A DNA stretch of 64,000 nucleotides from Thioclava sp. (GTDB lineage: Bacteria; Pseudomonadota; Alphaproteobacteria; Rhodobacterales; Rhodobacteraceae): positions 239,678-303,677 of the forward strand of contig NZ_JBLXEM010000003.1 in assembly GCF_048263065.1 (NCBI RefSeq). The letters run 5' to 3'. Under the pieces are notes generated by a model. That model was not told the DNA's origin and searched no databases. It was given only the letters and a program-made list of their open reading frames with translations. Below, in pieces: positions 30,988-39,337 of the stretch (its first letter is position 1; each line of letters opens with the position of its first letter). Both the position numbers and the translations under genes were made by a program.

Positions 30988-31802
30988 TTTGGGCTGTCGG
31001 GGGCTGTGAATTCAAGCGCCATCCCGTCAAAGGCCGGGCGGATATGATCGGGGGTCTCGGCGGCCACCGCGTCATGGTCGAGGTCGATATGCATATTGGT
31101 CAGAACCGCGCTTGTGGGCTGCGCGCGCGCGATCCACTCCAGCGATTGCGCCAAATGAGCGTGGGTCGGATGGGGCGTGCGGCGCAGCGCGTCAAGCACC
31201 CAGCACTCCAACCCCTCAAGATGCGCCCAAGCCGGGTCGGGAATGGCTGAGACATCGGGCAGATAGGCCAGCGGGCCGATGCGAAAGCCAAGCGCGTCGA
31301 TATTGCCGTGTTCTACTCGGAACGGCTGAAAACTGATCGCACCACCCGCGCCGTTCACCTCGAACGCGGTTTCATGGCGGATCGCCTGCAGGTCGCAGAT
31401 CGGTTGGTAATTACTGTCTGGGGGCTGCACGAACGCATAGGCAAAGCGGTTCAGTAGCGCCTCTTGCGTGTCGCTATCGGCCCAGACGGGCAGGCGTTTG
31501 CGCATGTTGAACACGATCTGGCGCAGGTCATCAATTCCGTGGACATGATCGGCGTGGGAATGGGTGTAGACCACCGCGTCCAGCGTGCCGACCTTTGCGT
31601 CAAGCAGCTGCGCGCGCATATCGGGCGAGGTGTCGATCAAGACCTGCGTGCGGCCCTGCGGGGTGATGCGCTCCACCAGCATTGAGCAACGGCGGCGGTA
31701 GTTCTTCGGATTGGCGGGGTCGCATTCGCCCCAATGGTTGCCGATGCGCGGCACACCGCCCGATGATCCGCAGCCCAGAATGGTGAAACGCAGGCGGCTC
31801 AT
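30984..31802 (-). CDS. MBL-fold metallo-hydrolase (PhnP/GPMC-like)
   Basis: HSHADHVHGIDD is the HxHxDH motif. It overlaps both neighbours by 4 bp. Confidence 0.8.
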   Translation of the reverse strand: MSRLRFTILGCGSSGGVPRIGNHWGECDPANPKNYRRRCSMLVERITPQGRTQVLIDTSPDMRAQLLDAKVGTLDAVVYTHSHADHVHGIDDLRQIVFNMRKRLPVWADSDTQEALLNRFAYAFVQPPDSNYQPICDLQAIRHETAFEVNGAGGAISFQPFRVEHGNIDALGFRIGPLAYLPDVSAIPDPAWAHLEGLECWVLDALRRTPHPTHAHLAQSLEWIARAQPTSAVLTNMHIDLDHDAVAAETPDHIRPAFDGMALEFTAPDSPK

Positions 31803-32632
31803 GCGGGCAGACTCCCGCGCTCGCCATGTTGGGCGGCTTTGGCGAATAGACGGTCAAAATTGGCCTGCGTGGCGGCGGCGAATTCGGTGAGCGGCACCCC
31901 GAACACATCTGCGCCCACCTTGGCGGTTAGCGCGGTATAGGCGGGTTCGTTGCGCCGTCCGCGATGGGGCGGAGGTGCTAGATAGGGGCTGTCGGTTTCC
32001 ACAAGGATGCGATCAAGCGGCGCCGTAGCGAAAATATCGCGCACCTCTTGGCTGCGCGGGAAGGTCGCGATGCCTGACATCGACAAATAGAACCCCAGAT
32101 CAATCGCCGCTTGCGCCAGACGCGGACCGCTGGAAAAACAATGCATGACGCAGGAGTAGGGCGCGATCTTCATCCCTTCAGTCAGGATCGCTTCCATATC
32201 TTCATCCGCGTCGCGCGAATGAATGATCAGCGGCAGGCCAGTTTCCTGCGCGGCCTCGATATGAATACGCAACGAGACCTTTTGGGCCTCTGCACTCTCG
32301 GCGGTGTAGTGATAATCCAGCCCGGTTTCGCCAAGACCGACGAATTTGGGATGCTGAGCCAGCGCGACCAGTTCCGCGACCGATGTCATTGGCTCTTCGG
32401 CCACGCTCATTGGGTGGGTGCCCGCAGCGTAGAAAACGCCCTTATGGGTTTCAGCGATGGCGCGCACCGAGGGCTCGCTTTTCAGCCGCGTGCAGATCGT
32501 GACCATGCGCGTCACGCCAGCTTCATTGGCGCGCGCGATGACCTGATCCAACTCACCCGCGAAATCAGGGAAATCGAGGTGGCAATGGCTGTCGGTGATC
32601 TCGGGGGGCGTGGTAACGTCGGGGAGTGTCAA
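31799..32632 (-). CDS. TatD family metal-dependent hydrolase/DNase
   Basis: ITDSHCHLDF motif. TTG start at 32632 is preceded by AAGGAG with a 7-nt spacer. Confidence 0.85.
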   Translation of the reverse strand: MTLPDVTTPPEITDSHCHLDFPDFAGELDQVIARANEAGVTRMVTICTRLKSEPSVRAIAETHKGVFYAAGTHPMSVAEEPMTSVAELVALAQHPKFVGLGETGLDYHYTAESAEAQKVSLRIHIEAAQETGLPLIIHSRDADEDMEAILTEGMKIAPYSCVMHCFSSGPRLAQAAIDLGFYLSMSGIATFPRSQEVRDIFATAPLDRILVETDSPYLAPPPHRGRRNEPAYTALTAKVGADVFGVPLTEFAAATQANFDRLFAKAAQHGERGSLPA

Positions 32633-32651
32633 AAAAGGCTCCTTTCGCGGC

Positions 32652-33776
32652 TTACGAAGCTGCGGCGGTAATCTCTAAAACGATATCCATCACCAAAGCG
32701 GCAGGGTCAAGGTTGACCGCCCGACCATGACGCGCCCGCGCGCCCAAGGTTTGGTGAAGGGTCGCCCATTTCATTGCGGCGCGTTCATCTGGTGATAGGC
32801 GGGTCAGCAAATCGGCCTCGCCGGGGGCTGCCTCGGGCATGGGAGCGCCTGCGACACCTGTGCGCGCCACACGGGCTAGAAATAACTCCACCAAGCCAAG
32901 CGTCAGATCAAGGCGCGGCTCGTTGGTTTTGCCCGCGCAGCCTTCTGCCAGTGCAATCGCGCCAAGACGGTCCAATTGGGGCAGAGTGGCCATCAGCTTG
33001 ATCAGATTGGCATAGCGCGTCATGCCCTCAAGATTGATCAACCGGATCGCGGCGCCAACCGAGCCGCCAGATAGCGCTGCAAGCGCGTGGTGGTCCAACT
33101 CGGGCGGCACGCCCTCATCCTCGGCAGCGGCGAGGGCCGCTTCCATCTGCTCGGGTGCCAGCGTGGAAAGGCGCAATTCGCGACAGCGCGAGCGGATCGT
33201 AGGCAACAGCCGCGCGGGTTGATGCGCGATTAGCAGGAAAGTCACGCGAGGGGGTGGTTCCTCAAGCAGCTTGAGCAGCGCATTGGCGGCCTGCACGTTC
33301 AGCTCATCGGCGGCATCCACGATCACCACGCGCCGCCCGCCCTCGGTCGCCGACAGGTGCAAAAACGATTTCAGCTTGCGCACCTGATCGACGCGAATGT
33401 CTTGCGACAGCGCGGTTTCCTTTTCATTGGGGCCGCGTTTGAGCGTGAAAATACCGGGTTCCGAGCCAGCCGTGATGCGCGCAAGCGCCGGGTGGTCGGG
33501 ATCGGGATCAAGGCTGCGGGGCAAGTCTGGTTCGCCAAACAGGCCCGGTCCGCTGTCATCGGGGCGCGTCAGCAGAAACCGCGCGATCCGCCACGCTAGT
33601 GTGGCCTTGCCGACCCCGCGCGGGCCGGTCAGCAGCCAGCCGTGATGCAGCCGCCCCATGTTGAAGGCGTCAAGGAAATCTTCCTCGGCACGGGTTTGAC
33701 CCACCAGAACGCGGGTTTCGCGCGGGTGGCGCGCTCCGGGCGCGAGGGTAGGATCGGGAAGGTCGGCCGTGCTCAT
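32652..33776 (-). CDS. holB: DNA polymerase III subunit delta'
   Basis: GRLHHGWLLTGPRGVGKATLAWRIARFLL and VVIVDAADELN. It sits in tmk-holB-tatD synteny. GTG 33785 is an alternative start. Confidence 0.85.
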   Translation of the reverse strand: MSTADLPDPTLAPGARHPRETRVLVGQTRAEEDFLDAFNMGRLHHGWLLTGPRGVGKATLAWRIARFLLTRPDDSGPGLFGEPDLPRSLDPDPDHPALARITAGSEPGIFTLKRGPNEKETALSQDIRVDQVRKLKSFLHLSATEGGRRVVIVDAADELNVQAANALLKLLEEPPPRVTFLLIAHQPARLLPTIRSRCRELRLSTLAPEQMEAALAAAEDEGVPPELDHHALAALSGGSVGAAIRLINLEGMTRYANLIKLMATLPQLDRLGAIALAEGCAGKTNEPRLDLTLGLVELFLARVARTGVAGAPMPEAAPGEADLLTRLSPDERAAMKWATLHQTLGARARHGRAVNLDPAALVMDIVLEITAAAS

Positions 33777-33786
33777 GCCCGCCACT

Positions 33787-34395
33787 CTAGAGCTTGGCGA
33801 GGGTGGTTTCCAGCACGTCTTGCGCGATTATTTCAGATGTGCGCGCGCCGTCGATCACGGCGAAACGGGGCGCGAATTCGCGCGCGAGATCCAGAAACCC
33901 GGCGCGCATTTTTTGCTGCAATCCAAGGCCGAAATCTTCGAACCGTTCTTCGCTGCCCTGCCGCCCCTTGGCGCGCGCAAGCCCCACGGCGGGGTCGATG
34001 TCGATCAAGATCGTGAGGTCAGGTTCGCGGGCGATCATAAGCGTGTGAAGCTGATCCACCAGCGCGCGCAGATCGCCGCGCGACAGGCCCTGATACATCC
34101 GCGTGCTATCGGCGAAACGATCACAAATCACCACTTTACCCGCCGCGAGGGCAGGTTCGATCACGCGTTCCAGATGATCGCGGCGCGCGGCGGTGAACAG
34201 CAGGATCTCGGTCTGCGCCGACCAGCGATCAGGGTCGCCCTCCAGCACGAGACGCCGGATTTCCTCGGCACCCGGAGAGCCGCCGGGTTCGCGCGTGAGC
34301 ACTACGTCCAGCCCACGCGCGCGAAGGGATTCGGCCAGCGTCCGCGCTTGCGTCGACTTGCCCGACCCGTCGATCCCCTCAAAACTGATGAACAT
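33787..34395 (-). CDS. tmk: thymidylate kinase
   Basis: MFISFEGIDGSGKSTQ P-loop; 202 aa. Confidence 0.95.
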   Translation of the reverse strand: MFISFEGIDGSGKSTQARTLAESLRARGLDVVLTREPGGSPGAEEIRRLVLEGDPDRWSAQTEILLFTAARRDHLERVIEPALAAGKVVICDRFADSTRMYQGLSRGDLRALVDQLHTLMIAREPDLTILIDIDPAVGLARAKGRQGSEERFEDFGLGLQQKMRAGFLDLAREFAPRFAVIDGARTSEIIAQDVLETTLAKL

Positions 34396-34398
34396 ACC

Positions 34399-35580
34399 CT
34401 AGCTGTTGACCTTTTCCATCGCGGCGGTGAAGGCCTTGCCCCCAAGACGCGCAACGGCCGCCTTGACGCGCACCATGAACCCGCCGCGTTTGACGTCATT
34501 TTCCGCCACCAGCGCGACTTCGCGCGGCTCTTCAAGGCCGGGAACCGTGATCACCAGCTTGCCCAGCTTTTGACCCTTGGTGATCGGCGCGGCAATGGGG
34601 CTGTCAAACACGGCCTCTGCCTTGACCTTGTCTTGCGCATTGGCCGGGATCAGCAGCGAGAGGTCTTTTTCCGGGGCCAGCCCGACGCTGTCCTGCGCGC
34701 CCAGCCAAACCGAGGCTTGCGCCAGACGCGATCCCGCCTTGGCCACGTCTTTCATCACGAATTGGCGAAAGGCCCAGTTGGCAACTGCTTCGCCTTCCTG
34801 AGCACGCGCGGCCTCGGAGTCCATGCCCGACAGGACATACAGAATCCGGCGATCCCCCATCACGGCAGAGCCGACCAGCCCATAGCCCGATTCCTGCGTA
34901 TGGCCGGTTTTCATCCCGTCAGCCTTCCAGTCGGCGGCTTTGATTTCCAGCAGCGGATTGCGGTTTTGCGCATTGGCAGGGGCGCGGTCTTTGTAGTTGA
35001 AATGGGTTTCGCCGAAGAAGTGATAATATTGCGGGAAATGGGTGATGATGCGGTCGGCAATGATGCCCAGATCATGCATCGACATGCGCTGACCGGGATC
35101 GGGCCAGCCGCTGGCATTGGCAAACATCGAGTTCTTCATGCCCAGCTCATGGGCGCGTTCGGTCATCAGTTCGGCAAAAGCGCGCTCGGAACCCGCAAGC
35201 CCCTCGGCCACGACCACGCAGGCATCATTGCCTGAATTGATGATGATCCCCTGAATCAGGTCGCGCACGCTGGGCCGGTCGGTGGTGTTGAGAAACATCG
35301 TCGAGCCGCCCATCGACTGCGCATGGGCCGAGACCGGAAAGGTTGTGTCCATCGTGATCCGGCCATCTTCAAGCGCCTCGAACAGCATATCAATCGTCAT
35401 CAGTTTCGACATCGACGCCGGGGGCAGCGGGATATCGGCGTTCTTGGACAGCAGCACCGTTTTCGTCGTCACATCATAGACCCAAGCCGCATGCGCCTTG
35501 GTGTCAAAAGCAAAAGCGGGCAGGGCGGTCAGCGCCCCCAGAAGCGTGGCGAATATCAGTCGGGTAAGTTTCATGGTCAT
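34399..35580 (-). CDS. D-alanyl-D-alanine carboxypeptidase (S11, PBP5/6 type)
   Basis: Signal peptide plus the SMSKLMT (SxxK), SGND (SxN) and KTGHT (KTG) motifs. Confidence 0.9.
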   Translation of the reverse strand: MTMKLTRLIFATLLGALTALPAFAFDTKAHAAWVYDVTTKTVLLSKNADIPLPPASMSKLMTIDMLFEALEDGRITMDTTFPVSAHAQSMGGSTMFLNTTDRPSVRDLIQGIIINSGNDACVVVAEGLAGSERAFAELMTERAHELGMKNSMFANASGWPDPGQRMSMHDLGIIADRIITHFPQYYHFFGETHFNYKDRAPANAQNRNPLLEIKAADWKADGMKTGHTQESGYGLVGSAVMGDRRILYVLSGMDSEAARAQEGEAVANWAFRQFVMKDVAKAGSRLAQASVWLGAQDSVGLAPEKDLSLLIPANAQDKVKAEAVFDSPIAAPITKGQKLGKLVITVPGLEEPREVALVAENDVKRGGFMVRVKAAVARLGGKAFTAAMEKVNS

Positions 35581-35581
35581 C

Positions 35582-36526
35582 CTAGTTCGAGACGGGGTAG
35601 GCATCAGGATAGCCCAGCCCATGAATGGTTTTCTTCAACGCGTTGAGGTCGGTTTTCGAGGGCGCAGGCCCTGCGATCACACGCCAGAAGGTTTTGCTTT
35701 GGCTTTGCTCTTTCTTGATCGTCGCGATCACGCCCGCCTTGGCCATCTGGCTTTGGGCGCGCTTGGCGTTGGCCTCGACAGAGAAGATCCCGATCTGGAT
35801 ATACATCTTGCCAGCGGGCGCTGTGACCGCAGGTTTTGAGGCTTTCGGCGGTGTTGCAACCGGCGGCGCAGGCGCGGGTGCGGGTGTCGGCGGAGCGCCA
35901 ATCGCGGGTTTGGCTGGTTTGCCGGATTCGGCCTTGGCGATTGCGCCCGCCGCCGTGCTGGTCACCGCATCAAGGGATTTCTGCTCGACGGTCTCGGGCT
36001 TGGCGATCACGGGTTTGTCGACCAACGGCGTGGTTTCATCTTCCACCGGAGCCGTCTCACGGCGCAGGGCCACGACCGACAGTTCAGCGGGTGCCCCCGC
36101 GAGCATGCCAAGCGCATCCGCCGCATCTGAGCTAACCTGCAGTTTCGGCCCCGGATTGTCGATTTCACGCCGGAACAGCGCGCCGATCACAAATTTGCCA
36201 TTGGCGGGGTTGCGAATGATCACGCGCTCGGGGTCTTTGACCTTGGGGTAGGCGACCCAGACACCGCCAAGCGAGGGGCGACCGTCCCAAAGCCCCTTTT
36301 CATCGACCGAAAACACCTGCGGAGCCTCGACGTCGCGCTCAACTAGCTTGGTCGCTTTGGCGGGCGTGGCCTCGGCGCTGCCCTCGTCAGCGGGCTTTTT
36401 CTTCATAAAATCAAACGGTTTCGCGCCATCCTGACAGGCGCTAAGCGCCAGTCCCGCGCCCAAAATCAGCGCCATCGCCGAGCTGCGCTTGCGCAATCCA
36501 TTTGTCTGCATCTGCTGCCGTTTCAT
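35582..36526 (-). CDS. SPOR domain-containing lipoprotein (RlpA-position homologue lacking an obvious DPBB domain)
   Basis: Lipobox LALSAC, a Pro/Ala-rich linker, and a C-terminal SPOR-like YIQIGIFSVEANAKRAQSQM...FWRVIAGP. Confidence 0.7.
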   Translation of the reverse strand: MKRQQMQTNGLRKRSSAMALILGAGLALSACQDGAKPFDFMKKKPADEGSAEATPAKATKLVERDVEAPQVFSVDEKGLWDGRPSLGGVWVAYPKVKDPERVIIRNPANGKFVIGALFRREIDNPGPKLQVSSDAADALGMLAGAPAELSVVALRRETAPVEDETTPLVDKPVIAKPETVEQKSLDAVTSTAAGAIAKAESGKPAKPAIGAPPTPAPAPAPPVATPPKASKPAVTAPAGKMYIQIGIFSVEANAKRAQSQMAKAGVIATIKKEQSQSKTFWRVIAGPAPSKTDLNALKKTIHGLGYPDAYPVSN

Positions 36527-36739
36527 CCTGTGCCCCTTGCTGCGCGCGGTTGTCCCGCGGCTATTTTCCCGTCAGCGATCCCGTCCTGCGCAGCGCGAAA
36601 ACCGCCCGCACACCCATCGCCGTCGCGCGTGATCCTAGCGCGTTGCCCGCCCCATGAAAAGCAGCGCTGCACATCGCTGGCGGAATTTGGCGCGAAACCC
36701 TTTCAGAATCGCGTGAAGCGGGCTAATGCGAGCGCGAAC

Positions 36740-36829
36740 GGAAGTGTGGCCGAGTGGTTTAAGGCTCTAGTCTTGAAAACTAGCGTGCGGGGAACCGTAC
36801 CGTGGGTTCGAATCCCACCGCTTCCGCCA
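36740..36829 (+). tRNA. tRNA-Ser (anticodon UGA)
   Basis: The cloverleaf folds by hand. Acceptor GGAAGTG/CGCTTCC, anticodon stem CTAGT/ACTAG with loop CTTGAAA (UGA), long variable arm, T-arm GTGGG-TTCGAAT-CCCAC, encoded CCA. Confidence 0.95.
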
Positions 36830-36985
36830 ATATTTTCCATGTGCTCGATATTCTTTGTCCGATATCAATCGGTTGTGCAGTTATTGGTCTTCGCTGTAGC
36901 ATCCTTCTTGGTTTTCGCGCCACATTTTGCACGACATTTTGCTATACGAAGCAAGGTGAGTAGTCGCGATATAATCACGAAATAG

Positions 36986-37535
36986 GGCAATGTCTGGCAC
37001 TTACGGCGACATATTCCCCCTGCTTACAAAGAGGTAGAGCCACGCAAAGAAGTCGTCTTGTCGTTGCGTTCGGCCTCTGAGGAGGTCGCGCGCCAGAAGG
37101 CTCGGGGTGTCTGGCATCAGCAGATCGAGGCTTGGGAGGCGCGGCTTGCTGGGGACACGGAGGATGCTCAGAAGCGTTTTGAGGCATCCAAACGGCTTGC
37201 ATCAGCACGTGGGGGCAGATTTCTTGGTGCGCCGAAGGTTGCGCAGTTGCCGACGGATGCGTTGCTCGACCGGATTGAGGTCGCGCGCGGTAGCAGCGAA
37301 AAGATCGATCTGGTCAATGCCAGGGCGCTCCTAGGCGGCGCGACCGAGCCCCTGATTACCGTGTCGAGCACACTCGAGATGTTCTAGACGCTTGAGCGGG
37401 GTCGCGGCGTGGGTAAGAGCGAAGGGCAACTGCGACGCTGGAAAAAACCGTGTAAGAAAGCGATCGCAAATTTCATTGCAGTGATAGCTGACAAGCCGCT
37501 GCAGGACATTACCCGCGCGAATATGCTGGATCTTC
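36986..37535 (+). pseudogene. tyrosine-type integrase remnant (N-terminal region only, in-frame TAG, no catalytic domain)
   Basis: The frame reads GNVWHLRRHIPPAYKEVEPRKEVVLSLRSASEEVARQKA...TLEMF*(TAG 37385-87)...GKSEGQLRRWKKPCKKAIANFIAVIADKPLQDITRANMLDL. It resembles the N-terminal/SAM-like part of tRNA-associated integrases. There is no start codon and no R..HxxR..Y domain. Confidence 0.6.
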
Positions 37536-37537
37536 AG

Positions 37538-37597
37538 AAAATAAGGTCGAAGCCGCGCCACCTGCTCGTCCCTCAGCCAGAGAAGACTGCTTTTCAT
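37538..37597 (-). mobile_element. IS5-family (IS427-like) transposase 5' stub
   Basis: The minus strand reads MKSSLLWLRDEQVARLRPYF, resembling the conserved N-terminus (LFWLsDeQ.ARL.P.FP) of IS5/IS427-group transposases. Similarity ends after about 20 codons, where it meets the integrase remnant. Confidence 0.35.
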
Positions 37598-37875
37598 ATA
37601 CGCGGCGTTACGCGCTGAGACCTGCGCGCGTTGGTGCGGTAAGGCGGCTTGCACCCAGCGATGGTGGCCCGGTCTGCCGTGGTGTCTCCCTCAAGCGTTC
37701 ATCCCGCGCAGGTTGTTTGGTCGCCGAGAATTCCCAGCGGCAGGTGGTTTGACTCGCTTGCCGCGATGCGTCGCGGGAAATTGCGGTGAGCTGCGTCACT
37801 TTGACTGTCCGCGCGGACTAGCCCTGCGCGCTTTGGAGGCTACATCGAGATCACGCGACCGCAAAGGAGAACGCT

Positions 37876-38247
37876 ATGCAGACTGCCGAATTCGTCACCA
37901 CCGTCTTTGACGGTAAATCCAACCCCGCCAAGGTCACGGTGGCCTTCACCATGGCGCTCAATGCGGTTAAGGCGGGCCATAGCGCGATGGTGCTTTTGAT
38001 GGTCGAAGCAGTGGAGCTGGGCGTGCCCGGCGCGACCGAAGGCATGGATATCGGCAAGCCGTTTGAGCCGGTGGACGACCTTCTCAAGGCCTATCTGGCA
38101 GGCGGCGGTCGGATCGGGATTTGCGGGGCCTGCATGATCCATAACGGGTTCAACGCCGAGCAGATGGCCCCTGAATACGAGATAGTGACCGCGCCCGATG
38201 TGGTGACGCTGCTGATGGCGTCTCAAGGGTCGCTGCAGATCACCTGA
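37876..38247 (+). CDS. DsrE/DsrF-like family protein
   Basis: 123 aa with an AAGGAG RBS. The small alpha/beta protein has a Cys motif IGICGACMIHNG, as in DsrE-like sulfur-relay/peroxiredoxin-like proteins. Confidence 0.6.
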   Translation: MQTAEFVTTVFDGKSNPAKVTVAFTMALNAVKAGHSAMVLLMVEAVELGVPGATEGMDIGKPFEPVDDLLKAYLAGGGRIGICGACMIHNGFNAEQMAPEYEIVTAPDVVTLLMASQGSLQIT

Positions 38248-38302
38248 CACCGCATTTCCAATACAGGCGGCGCGGCGATGTCTGCGCCGCACCTCGTCGC
38301 GC

Positions 38303-39007
38303 TCAACTTTGCGCGCTTGGACCGGAGGCGGTGAATGCGACGGCCTGCACAAGATCGGCTTGAAGCTGCGCCTTCGCACGGTCCTGCGCGGCGGCATCCG
38401 TAAGTCTGAGCAGGTGCGAGGGATGCAGCGTGATCAGAACGGGCAGGCCCGATCTGCTTTTTTTGATCTGTCCCCGCCGTGCCAGAATGGCCGCCCCGTT
38501 ACCGGTCAGGCTTTGCGCCGCACTCGCCCCCATTGCAACGATTAGCTTGGGCTTCACCTGAGCGATCTCGGCCTCAAGCCACCAGCGACAATGCTTGATC
38601 TCGGACGCATTGGGGCGCTGATGCAGGCGCTGCTTTCCCCTCGGGGTGAATTTGAAATGCTTGACCGCATTGGTGAGATAGGCCGCCTCACGTTTCAACC
38701 CGGCGCGCGCGGCGATGGTGTCAAACATCTGCCCCGTCGGGCCGATAAAGGGCCTGCCGCCCAGATCCTCCATATCGCCAAAGCGGCGCGCGAAGAAATC
38801 CGCCGTGGGTTCAACAGTGTGATGGTTGGGTTCAAACCACGCGGCAAAGTTGCGCCGGACCGACATGCGAAGACTGTCTAGCGAGCAGCCATGTTTGCCT
38901 GTGCTCACAACCAAGGCCACAGCTTTGCACTGATACGCATCGCGGTGGTCCATGAGCCGCCGCACCGCGCGTCCGAGGTACTCTGGTGAATACGGCGTTG
39001 ATGCCAT
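38303..39007 (-). CDS. UdgX-like family-4 uracil-DNA glycosylase, atypical N-terminus (possibly degenerate)
   Basis: C-terminal 160 aa: EDLGGRPFIGPTGQMFD, TNAVKHFKFTPRGKQRLHQRP (compare the UdgX KRRIH loop) and HPSHLLR (motif B). Motif A GEQPG is replaced by ARRFG, and the N-terminal CxxC Fe-S ligands are not evident. Confidence 0.6.
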   Translation of the reverse strand: MASTPYSPEYLGRAVRRLMDHRDAYQCKAVALVVSTGKHGCSLDSLRMSVRRNFAAWFEPNHHTVEPTADFFARRFGDMEDLGGRPFIGPTGQMFDTIAARAGLKREAAYLTNAVKHFKFTPRGKQRLHQRPNASEIKHCRWWLEAEIAQVKPKLIVAMGASAAQSLTGNGAAILARRGQIKKSRSGLPVLITLHPSHLLRLTDAAAQDRAKAQLQADLVQAVAFTASGPSAQS

Positions 39008-39286
39008 CTTCTGTTCTATCGGGGGTAATTTTCCGAGCGCCTTGCCCTCCGCTAAAGCCGCATCAGCTCAGACGCCAACTGCGCTGCTGCTCTCGCCGAG
39101 TGGCGCGGCGTTTGCGCCGAATATGAGACAGGGTCACTACCCAACGAGAGACGAGTTCGCCTTCGTCTTTCAGCACCGCCAATACTGCTCTGTCGCCTGA
39201 CAACGCCGCCTGGTTTTTTCCATCAGAGCATATGACGAATCTGTTGGTTACTCTGCGGCCGACAGAAGTAAACTTTCAGGAGGTAC

Positions 39287-39315
39287 AAAAGGCCCCGCAC
39301 AGGACGGGGCCTTTT
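39287..39315 (-). terminator. Rho-independent (bidirectional-looking) terminator after the sugar ABC operon
   Basis: AAAA-GGCCCCG-cacaggac-CGGGGCC-TTTT, 22 nt downstream of the stop of the fused ABC gene. Confidence 0.8.
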
Positions 39316-39337
39316 CAATGTTTCACGCGCGGTTGCC

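Noticed and set aside
33769-35235. Long ORFs antisense to confidently assigned genes. Examples are 33769..35235 (488 aa), 4551..5627, 8914..10035, 3138..4019, 14182..15048, 42561..43373, 57668..58882 and 59755..60885.
   Set aside because: Their products are Arg/Gly/Ala/Pro/His-rich low-complexity sequences with no recognisable motifs. They lie opposite genes with unambiguous family signatures. Such stop-free antisense frames are expected in high-GC DNA.
36530-36985. 151-aa ORF spanning the tRNA-Ser gene.
   Set aside because: It reads straight through a well-folding tRNA and an AT-rich non-coding stretch, and has no protein-like features.
38990-39010. An 'RRIH' string, the UdgX catalytic-loop sequence, in an alternative frame at the 5' end of the UdgX-like gene.
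   Set aside because: That frame hits a stop within about 35 codons. The genuine loop equivalent (KQRLH) is already present in the main frame further downstream, so this is a coincidence.
38952-39200. 82-aa plus-strand ORF and other short ORFs in the 330-bp gap between the UdgX-like gene and the sugar ABC operon.
   Set aside because: It has no RBS, an unremarkable composition and overlaps the proposed islet boundary. It is treated as non-coding.
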